Below are positions 12,317 through 22,157 of a DNA stretch of 64,000 nucleotides, piece after piece. Numbering within the stretch: position 1 is the stretch's first letter; each line of letters opens with the position of its first letter. The notes under the pieces were generated by a model. The model did no database searches, was not told the origin of the DNA, and saw only the letters and a list, made by a program, of their open reading frames with translations. The translations under genes and the position numbers were made by a program. The DNA comes from Gracilinanus agilis. Taxonomy: Eukaryota. The stretch is from the NCBI RefSeq assembly GCF_016433145.1, contig NC_058131.1:402493933-402557932 (forward strand), given 5' to 3'.

Positions 12317-15300
12317 ATGACAAGTAGTGAGCAGGTAAGGAGAAACTTGCCCTCTGGACCTCCCTGGCTGCTTGGGCTCAGGGCCTAGGCCTCATTATCT
12401 TCTCCTGCTTCAGGCTGAGGCTGCAACAGTGACAGCAATGATAGAAGTGGCATCCATACCAGAGACAGGTGAGGAATTCCACCCAAGAGCAGTTCTGGAG
12501 GGGACCCTGAAGTCAGGTTTCCTGTGTCCTGGACAGGAGAACACAGTAGAAGCCCACAGTCCTGAGTAACCCACCACTCTATTACAGATCATGAAACCTA
12601 CAGCCCCCGATTCCTTATAGAGGGTCCTAGAATGCTCTTGCTAGATCCAGGAGACCCTGAGACTCTGGTACTGTTGGGGTGGGGAAAGATGGGGCAAGGC
12701 ATGAGGAGGATGGAGGAAAATGAGGGTATAAACAGGAATTGACCTTACTGACTTTAGTCTTGCACTTAGGAGCACCAATTCACATTTGACTGAGCCTTAG
12801 GCCCAGAGCATGCCCAGGTAGAATAAGGGGGTAGGTGGGGAGGGTGGTTGACAAGTCTGTGTCTCCTTCTGTCTCATTCTATTTCTCCCCCTTGTATCAT
12901 ACTGTATACTGTCCTAGAGACAACTCTTTTGGTACCTTCCCAAGTTGGAGCATGTTGCTTAGAAGGCATGTGGCAGGGAGGAAAGGGAGGACTGTGATGT
13001 CCCAGACTGAAAGTCTTGGGGTCCGATGGAGTAGGGAGCTAATGTTCCCAGAGAGGTGAGCTCTTCTATATCAATACAGAAAACAGAACAGAAGTTCCTG
13101 GAGAGCATTCGGGCTGTGCTGGGCTCAGTATCCAGAGGTTATAGTGTGTCTGTGCTGATTAGGGGCAGAGAAGCCAAGCAGCCAGATCTGGTTCCTCAGG
13201 TGACGAGCTGGAATTCACTTTGCCCTACCTACCATACAGTGTGTGTGTGGATGGGGGGGGGGGCCGAGGGGTGGTGTCAGAGGGACTTTTCTCCTCATCC
13301 TCATTCCACCCCTACCCTCTCTAATATTAATTTCTAGCTCCTGGCAATGCTGTTTGAGGAGATTCAACCTGCAGAATCTGCCTTTCAACCCTCCCTCAGG
13401 ACCCTAAGTCTAGTGCAGGTGACAAATCTTGAAAGGGATTTGCAGGGACTGGGCAGCCCTGGAGAGTGCTTTTCAGGATTTGGAAGCTTTTGATAGGTTC
13501 CACACAAACATATCCCATGCACTTCCCACGACTTCTCATTGCTTTTAGCTCAGTTCTAGTGGGAAGGGTCAAGACTTATTATCTGGAGCAGGGGACCTGA
13601 GCTTGCTGGAGGTGTACCCACTGGGTCTGTGAGTATGCAATTTTTTTTTCTTTATTCCAGTGACAAATTTACACATAAGTTTTCCAAGGTTACATGATTC
13701 ATGGAATTGACAAACAATTCCACTGGGTTATTCATGTATTCTCACTCAAAACCCATTTCCATATTATTCATTTTTATAAGATCAAAACTCTAAATCATAT
13801 ACCCAAACAAACAAGTGATAACTCATATGCTTTCTTCTGCATTTCTACTGTAAGTATGCTACTTTGCCCAGGATAACGAATATTTTCTTCTAGCACTTCC
13901 TCACTTCCCTATTCCACCCCAAGCACCATTCCCACAAAAGCCAGACTGGAGGGCCCTGTTCTGGAGTCCAGTAGCTTGTAATTTTCTGGGAGAAGAGGAA
14001 GCAGAAAAAGCACTATCTTCCCTCATGGACCTTTGATCTCTCAGAGAGCCAGCTGCCCTCTTCAGGGTTTGTCTGTCTATAGACTAGGGTTACCTGCTCA
14101 TTATGTTTTTATGCCTGGGATTCAAGGCTTTTGAAGATCCTGTGGCAGAGGTCCATATTTCAAGATCTTTTCAAGCCTAGGTTTCCACTTTTTTCCCAGG
14201 GTAGTGGAAGGAGCTAGTGAAGCAGAGGTCCTTGACTCCAAATCTGGCTGCCAACTTTACCTCAAGGCAATGGAGGGCTTGGACAGGTATGTGAGTCTGT
14301 GATCCCTGGTAGAAAGAATGAGGGAAGGAGAAAGAAACTCAGAGGGCAACCTAAGGAACCCTGCCCAGAGTTATAACCATCTTCATCCCCAGGGCCTGCT
14401 CCCTTCTTACTGTGACATTTTCCTGCCTGGAGCCCAGCACCATCAAGAGGCCCTGGGTCAGAAGCCTGTGTCGAGGCTCACTGAGAGTCCTGCAGCTCCC
14501 AGAAGCTCCGTGAGTCTAGCTTGGGGTGGGATCCAGGGCAGCAGTTTGAGGGTCCTATAAAATAAGGGGTGGTTAGTTCCCCATACCCAGCAAAAGAACA
14601 CAATGAGCAGGGTACCCTAGTCATACAGACAAAGAAACCCTGAAGAGGGGAGCTGTGCAGAAGACAGTTCCCATAACAAAGACCTGCATTGTGCCTGGCC
14701 TTAGCTCTCACTCCTTGTAGGGACTGCCCTTTATTGCTAGCACTGGCAGGGAAAACCTCCAAGGCCCATGTGGGCTCATTGCTTTGGACTGTGACTCAGT
14801 TACTCTTCGGGAATAGTTACAGTAGCCTGCTGCTCTACTTGGATCCCCGAGGTATGAGGTTGGGGAGGGAGGGAAGGGAAAAGAAGAAGTGAAGGGAGAA
14901 TTAATTCTTTTGGGGGAGGGTCCCTAGAAAGCTCTGCTCCCCAAGCTTCCAAATACCAAGGTTCTCAAAGAAGCTTCTTATCCAGGCTTCTCACTGAAAA
15001 GTGGGTGTTCCATACCCAGTTCCAGTTCAGTGGGAAGGAGGAGCCCCATGTGACTCTTAGCAGGAGAAGTTGGGAGGGGTGGACAAAATTGTTCTTTGAC
15101 TACACCAAAAGTCCATCCCACTCCTCATGAATTGGTCCCATTGCCTGCCTGTTCTCCCTGGCAGTCACCCCTTTGGGGCTGCTCCTGGCCTCACTATCAG
15201 GGGCTAAAAGAGCCCAGGACCCAGCTCAGTCAAAGCAGGTTTCTCCCATACTGTGGGATGCTTCAGAAGAAATTCAGGCTCGGCGTGCAGCTGTTCAGGC

Positions 15301-18300
15301 CCTGCGCTCTGGGCTTTCTGGAGCCACTCTGCAGGAGAGTCAGCTTACCCAGCTAAGCCTGGTGCTCAGGGAATTGAAGGTGAGACAGAACTGGTTCTGG
15401 TACCTGGGTACTATCCTCCCACCTAGGGCAAAAGAGGCTCTGGAAACTATTGACTGAACTTGCTATCTGCAGGTATTGAAAAACCAAAGCCGGTACTGTG
15501 AGACTATGATGCTCAAGGGACCTGGAGCCTCTGCACCTGGGCTTCCAAACATGCAGGTATGTGGGTGCCCAATTCCCTAGACCAGTGATGGCAAACCTTT
15601 TAGAACATTTTAGGGACCTGTACCCCACCCTGCCTGTGTTTGGAGGCAGGGCAGGACTCCATCTGTGTGTGTGTGTGTGTGTGTTGCTGCACATGCCCAT
15701 AGAGAGGTCTCTGCATGCCATTTTTGACACATGTGCCATAGGTTCACCATCATGACCCTAGACCTTGAGATTAGCATTTTGTCACCACCCATAGAAGATG
15801 GCTCTGGGGCTAATTTTAAAGCATCCTTTCTCAGTATATTTGATTTCAAATTTGCACTTAGGGTGCAAAAAGGGACATTTTGTTATAACTTTATATAATT
15901 GGCCTATTTTAAGGTGAGGCTCCTTGGTGTAGTGGATAGAGTACTGGACTAGCAGTCTAGAACATCTGGGTTTAAATCCTACCTCTTAAAATTACCAGTT
16001 GGGCTATGATGCTTAAGACACTTAACATCTCTGAGCCTCTGACAAATCTGTGTCAGTTATAGGCAGGTTGAGGTCTATCTCCATTGTATACTTTAAATAG
16101 AAGAAAATTCTGTTTTCCACAACAAGAGGTACTTTTATGATGAAAAGTCCTCTGTGTTGAATCAGATGTTGGGGCAGCTAGGTGACTCAGTGGATTGAGA
16201 GCCAGGAGGTCCTAAGTTCAAATCTGACCTCAAATACTTCCTAGCTCTGTGACTTTGAGCAAGTCACTTAACCCCCATTGCCTAGCCTGGTGATGGCAAA
16301 TCTATTACACGTGACACGTGTAGCCATTTTTGATGACACACGGCTGCGTACAGAGAAGTATGGGGCCGCATGCCAAGGATGAAACATTTGCTATAGTGTA
16401 GTATAGACACTCTGTGCACTATAGATGAAAATTCTACCTATATTAATTTATCTATTTTGGTTTATTAAATACAGTTATATATCATAATTATAAATTTTTG
16501 TTATTTAAACTATAAATATCACAAAATTATTGTATTTTTCTCGAAGTGACACACCACCTGAGTTATGCTTGGTTTTTTAGCAAATTTTGACATACCAAGC
16601 TCAAAAGGTTGCCCATCACTGGCCTACCCCTTATCATTCTTTTGTCTTGGAAACAATACACAGTATTAATTCTAAAAAAGAAAGTTTAGGAAAAAAACAA
16701 CAAAAACCAGTGAATTGGAGGTCAAAGGCTCCAGTGAACAGTAATAATTTTGAAACCTTTGAGAGGAAAGGAAGAGAATGAGCAGAAGTACAAATACCTT
16801 GCTAAAGCTTTCCTATTTCTCCATCTTCCTAGAGAGATATCTCCCTTATATGTTCCTTTCTGGGTTTATAAGTTGGCCTCTTCTAGCCCTGCTGGTACCT
16901 CAAATAGTATCTCTTACATATAGAGTGATGACAGAGGAGAGACAGACCTCAGACTCAATCCCAATTCCTATTTATTAATTTAAAACCCTTACCTTCTGTC
17001 TTAGAATTGATACTAAGTATTGGTTCCAAGGCAGAAGAGCTGGAATTAAGTGACTTGCCCAATGTCACACAATTAAGAAGTTTCTGAGATCATATTTGAA
17101 CCCAGGACCTCCAGTCTTTAAGCTTGGCTCTCTATCCACTGACCCACCTATTTGCCCCTCTTCCTATTTATTTTGATACCTTGTTAATCCTGGTACCTAT
17201 TTAGCTTGAAAGAAGGAAAATATGTATTCTAAGTACCCTTACAATCTGGCATCTGATCTCACAATATTACTCTTTGCTTTTTAAATTTAAGTAAATTTTT
17301 TCAAGTAACAAAAATCCACCTTCTCTCCCTTCTCACCTGCTTCCTATCCCCACAGGAAAAAAAAAAGAAAGAAAGAAAACAAAACCCTCATAATAAATTG
17401 GCATAGTTGAGCAAAACAAATTCCTGTATTGGCCAAGCCTAAAAAACCTGTTGCAATTTGGGCTCTTTCTCTCACCAGGAAGTGGGCAGCTCTATTGCAT
17501 CATGAGTGTTTGAATCAGGCCAAGCCATCTCCTTTGTTGATCAGCATTCTTAAAACATTCAAAGATGTTTGTCTTTATAATATTGTTGTCATAAGAATCT
17601 TTTCAAGGTTACTGATTACATTTTAATGATATCTATAGTTGCTTAAAAATAACATAAAAGAATGAAATTAAAACCCAACCTTTCAAGGAGGAGGCTTTGT
17701 TGTATTATAACATTTCTCTCTAGGTGCTAGAATCAAAGGAGACCTTTTCTCCCATTTTCCAGAAGCACCCCCAAGGTGAGTTCAGGCCCTGTGGCCCAGA
17801 CACTATCTTCTTGGAGTTCCTCTTAGTTTGTCTATCTTCCCCCAGAATAAAAATATTTCTCTTTGGCCGCATGCACTTCAGAAACTCTGGGCCTGGGGAA
17901 GAAGTTTCTCCTATCAGCAGCACCAAGAAACTACCCTCTTGAGGGCTCCAAGAAAAAGGTAAAGCTTCACCCATTCCTATAGAGAGTACGTGGGGATTTC
18001 CCAGGGAACAGTTTTCTGTGGGTAAAATTAGGTTAAAATGAACACTATTGGAAATATGAAAGAAGGAAAGGAGTCACAAAAGGGCAGGTTGAATTATAGA
18101 AAATTTCTGAGAGGGAAAGCCCCACTGTTTTATCTTGGTGATAATGGTGACAATCAGGTATGATTTATGCTTTTCTTGTATTTTAGGGTTTTAGATTTGG
18201 AAAGGACCTTAGAGATCATCTAGTTCAATCTCATTATTCTCATAGATGAGGAAATTAAGGATAGTAGAGAGTAAGTTATTTCCTTGAGAGTTCATAGATA

Positions 18301-20182
18301 ATAAGTAGCAGAGCAGACATTTAAATTCAGGACCTCTGGGACAGCTAGGTAGGGCAGTGGATAGAGAGCCATACCTGGAGTGGGGAGGACCTGGGTTCAA
18401 ATCTAGCCTCAGATACTTCCTGCTGTGTAACCCTGAGCAAGTCACTTAACACCAATTATCTAGCTCTTCTATCTTGAAACTAAAACTTGTATCAATTCTA
18501 AGAGAGAAAGTAAGAGTTAAAAAAAATAATTGATACTAAGAAGGATTTTAAAAAAATTTAGGTCCTCTGACTCCAAATCCAATGATCTGATCATGATCCC
18601 TTTTTTTAGAAAGAGTCGGTAGAGTTACTTCCTATCTCTCTTAGACTTAGCTGATTTTACTGCTCAGGAATTCACTGCCAGTAGTGCTGAAACCTCTAAC
18701 TTTGAGGTGGGGGCAATGGGAATTGGGAGCTTTGTTTGAGGCAAAACCAATGGCCTCGGTGGGGAAAGTAGGCCTTATTTCTAAGGCAGCAGTTTTTTAA
18801 AATTAAATTTAAATTTAAATTAATTTATTTTAACAATTTTTAAAAGTTCCAAATTCTCTTCTCACCCCTTCTCCACCCATTTGAGAAGGCAAAAAATATG
18901 AAACCCATTTTACATGTGAAGTCATGCAAAACATATTTCTATATTAGTAAGGCAAGAGTTATTAAATGTTTGTTGTCATGGACCCATTTGGTAATCTAGT
19001 AAAACTTAATACCACTATGGCTTGTTGCCTATCACTGAAGGAAATGCTGGATTTCAGATAACAGTAAATGAAAATAAATATCTAATTTCTTTCCCCATCC
19101 AAGTTCAATAGATTCATAAAATCTAATGGGACTCCAGGTTAATAACCCTTGCCTCTAAGGGAGAGGAAAATGGAACTTGGCCCAATGGAAAAAAAAAACA
19201 AAACAGAATGTATGTAAGTCCTCCTTGTTGGTGTCTATTCTCTTAGCCCCCTGACGTAGCACTGCAGTTTATGTTAGCACGGGCCCATAGGCAGCTGCTC
19301 CAGGAGCATCACCGATCCCAGGTCCAAGAGGAACTGAGCTGCTTGAGGCAAGACAAGAAAATAGCAACAGATCAGGTTAGTCCCAGATATCTAGGGGGGA
19401 AAAATAAAAGAGACCAAGACTAGTGCTGAAGCTAAAGAGTAGGCTTCTTCTGTCTCAGCAAATACCGATGTTCATTAGGCCCCAGACCTATCTGCTGAGA
19501 ATCTGAGCTGGAGGCAGGATCATGAAGCACTGGCCTTACAAGTGGAGGCTCTGAGATTGGAGCGAGATGCAGCTGAACAGGACCTAGAGGCCCTGTACAA
19601 GCTGTATGTCCAAGGAGCCCGGACACAGACTTGCCACATCTTGCAGGTCAGTAGTAAACAAAGAATGGTGGCAGAGGAATGATGAAGCTCCAGCTTAATA
19701 ACTCAAGTTAGTGGCAGATGGCCACTCAAGACCCAGCTAAAGAAATAGATGTCTGAATTCCTCTAACCAACAATCCATTAAAAGCACAGGTGTTCCAGGC
19801 TTGTCAGGGGCTGTGGAAGGAGCGGGCTACTGCCAGAGAGTTACATCATCGAATCCTGTTGGCTGGAGTCTTACAGGATGCCATCTCTCTGGCCACACAG
19901 AACCAACAGCTCCAAGTCCAGAATGAGCAGCTCAAGAAGGGTGAGGATTATGAGAAGGAGAAGTGTAGGAAAGAAGTGGGGTTCAAATGACAATAGAAAT
20001 AGGGACTGTTTCACTAATCTCAACCCATGAGTATATCCCAGGGCTTTGTCCTGAAGTACAAGGGATTACTATTAGGAGAGATGAGATTGGGGTCTGGCAA
20101 CCTTGGTCCTCCAACAGGCCTTCAGTGATTCTGTGTTCCATGTCTCCCAACAGAAATCACAGAGAGGAGGGAAAAAGTTTAA
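12317..20182 (+). CDS. Uncharacterised 18-exon gene: degenerate kinesin-motor-like domain plus coiled coils (574 codons including stop; one in-frame TGA at 12791-12793, so possibly a recent pseudogene)
   Basis: Exons 12317-12334, 12414-12468, 12588-12667, 12770-12817, 13080-13199, 13338-13418, 13549-13628, 14200-14286, 14393-14509, 14721-14851, 15165-15379, 15473-15556, 17724-17775, 17882-17958, 19247-19375, 19479-19646, 19790-19940, 20154-20182. All 17 introns are GT-AG with matching phases (1722 nt total). Kinesin-like blocks occur in canonical order: HQFTFD*ALGPE, FLESIRAVLGSVSRGYSVSVLIRG, QDLL, VVEGASEAEV, SLLTVTFS, TQLLFGNSYSSLLLYLDP. Confidence 0.8.
13643..13860 (-). mobile_element. LINE-1 3' end fragment
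   Basis: T-rich start followed by ...CAATTCCACTGGGTT..., the same marsupial L1 3' UTR motif as in 3490-3620. Confidence 0.75.
15583..15755. mobile_element. hAT/Charlie MITE (OposCharlie1-like termini)
   Basis: Left TIR CAGTGATGGCAAACCT, right ...CATAGGTTCACCATCATG, 8-bp TSD CCCTAGAC on both sides. Confidence 0.85.
16171..16700 (+). mobile_element. SINE interrupted by a hAT MITE (MITE 16288-16621)
   Basis: SINE head at 16171-16287 and tail resuming at about 16630. MITE termini TGGTGATGGCAAATCT and AGGTTGCCCATCACTG, TSD GCCTAGCC/GCCTACCC. Confidence 0.8.
16978..17159 (-). mobile_element. Opossum-type SINE
   Basis: Reverse-complement consensus AAACCCTTACCTTCTGTCTTAGAAT...CCACCTATTTGCCCC. Confidence 0.85.
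18190..18590. mobile_element. MIR/CORE-SINE (-) with a nested opossum SINE (+, about 18338-18520)
   Basis: CORE motif GATGAGGAAATTAAGG...; nested GGGACAGCTAGGTAGGGCAGTGG head. Confidence 0.65.
18952..19150. mobile_element. Ancient hAT-Charlie (Charlie4-like) non-autonomous element; related copies at about 32265-32450 and 41712-41930
   Basis: Shared motif TGTCATGGACCC..TTGG(C/T)A..CT(A/G)GT(G/A)AA..C in all three copies, with GTTA(T/A)TAAC-type termini. Family name is from memory. Confidence 0.55.
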
Positions 20183-21974
20183 GCTCTGGCAGTCTGCCCA
20201 AACACATTTTCCTCAAAGTAAAGGCATTCCAATCCAGGTCTGCCTTGGCTAACAGACATGGCCCCACAGTCATACCTGTACTGCAAGAGTCAAATCAAAA
20301 GCAAGCTTTTAGTAGCCACAGCAAGAATCTTTCTTATTTAGTGGTACCTAGCCTAAATTCGGTCCTACTTCTGGAGAGTATTTACTGCCACCTAGCTGGA
20401 AAGCTGTGCTTTTTTATTTCCAACTCCCTAGAATTTGGAGGAAAATGTGTAATATTACAGAACCTTGGAATATAGAGAGGCCCAGTCAGCTGGCACTTGC
20501 TCTGTCCTGGCAAACTCCCTTCTTTGTATTCCTAATCTTGATTATTCAATTTTAGCATCTATTGAGAGGAAAACTGCCCACTCCTGCTACATACACCTTG
20601 CCCCTATTGATTGTAACCTTTCCCCTACACAATCGCTTTCTTCTTCTTCACTGTCTTTCCATTGTGCCTCTGGAAATCCTCAAGTATTATTAACAAACAT
20701 CTCCTCTTCCTAGATCTCTCCAGTTTATTATTTTTTCCTTTTTATGGGTGCACTAAAACTTGACTCTCCAGACACTACATCCCTGGTGGCTGACACTTCT
20801 CCCTCTGGCCTACTAACTAAAGACCACCCTGTGCTAAGAGAAATAGTTCTCATATTGCTTGATTTTCACTGCCACTTTCAGATCCTCTGGCAGCCAATGC
20901 CATACAACCACTTCTATATAACTGCGCAGATCCTTGTGGTTGCCTCTGGGTCCCTCATCCTCCTTTCACAAGGAATGCAGTGTCTGGTTCATGGTTTTTC
21001 CTCTGTACCTCAGTTTGGGGTTTAGATTTAGATGTATAAGTGACTTCAGAAACTATCTAATGAGGGTATGAAAGAAAAGAATGCTGACTGGAGTTGGAAG
21101 ACCTTCTGCCTCTGATGCTTGCTATCTGAGTGACCATGGGCAAACCAGTGATCTGTTTCTTCATCTGTTGGAATAAGATCCCATGACCTTGGTCCAACTT
21201 CTCTATTTAGAGTAAAGATGAGGAAAATAGAGCTTAAGCACATTAAGTGATTTGTCTCAGGTCACACAAGATAGTAAATATCAGACCCCAAATAAGAACC
21301 CAAGTCCTCTTGACTCTAGAACACTCTCTTTTTACTGACACATGACCATCTTTATCCTTGAGATGCATCTTCAAACACTCTGGCTTCCATTACATATTTT
21401 TAAAAATTTCCTTACTGATACATTTTGTCTGGACAAATTAATAATTTCCCAGTAAATAACTTTCCTATAGTATCTTTTTAAAAATGTTTGTTGGTTACAT
21501 TAAAATTCCCAGGTATCTCTGCTCACCTCCCCCACTTCCCACACCACAGAATGCATCACCCAGCTCCAAAAATGTGTGTATAAATATGTCTTTTGTGTTT
21601 CCAATTATTGGTTTTTTTCCCTGGATGTGACATTCAAAAATTATCCTTCAAATATTAAATCTATAGTTGTATATAATGTTCTCTCGGTTCTACTGGTTTC
21701 TCTCTTCATAATTTCATGTTGGTCTTTCCAGATTAAAAAAAATTAACCTGTTCATCATTTCTTATGGTGCAGTAGTATTTCATCACAATCATATATCATC
21801 GCCTATCTTGCCATAAAAAGTTTAATCAAAACCTTCTAATTGTGACTGACAGAGCATACAACTTTCTACTCTTAAAATTTCTCTTTTCTTAATAGAAAGG
21901 AAGCATTTTAACCACAGACCACAGCCTGTGGTTTCAACAGTTCGGCCACAGAGATCATCATGTCTTAGATCTTT

Positions 21975-22157
21975 TTTTTTTTAAATCATTACCTTCTGTT
22001 TTAGAATCCATACCTTGAAAAGGCTCCAAGGTAAGAGTCAGGCAATGAGGTTAAGTAACTTGCCCAGGGTCACACAGTTAGGAAGTGTCTGAGGCCAGGT
22101 TTTGAACCTAGGACCCCCCTAGACTTGGCTCTCAATCCACTGAGCCACCTAGCAGCC
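21975..22157 (-). mobile_element. Opossum-type SINE
   Basis: Reverse-complement consensus with a poly-T head. Confidence 0.85.

Noticed and set aside
12791-12793. Selenocysteine or programmed read-through at the TGA
   Set aside because: No SECIS-like element recognised, and the context TGA-GCC is not the TGA-CTAG type read-through motif; a CpG transition is simpler.
12835-13059. Segment 12918-13055 as a coding exon of the kinesin-like gene
   Set aside because: Its open frame is phase 2, which does not fit the flanking exons, and it would leave an impossible 24-nt intron before exon 5.
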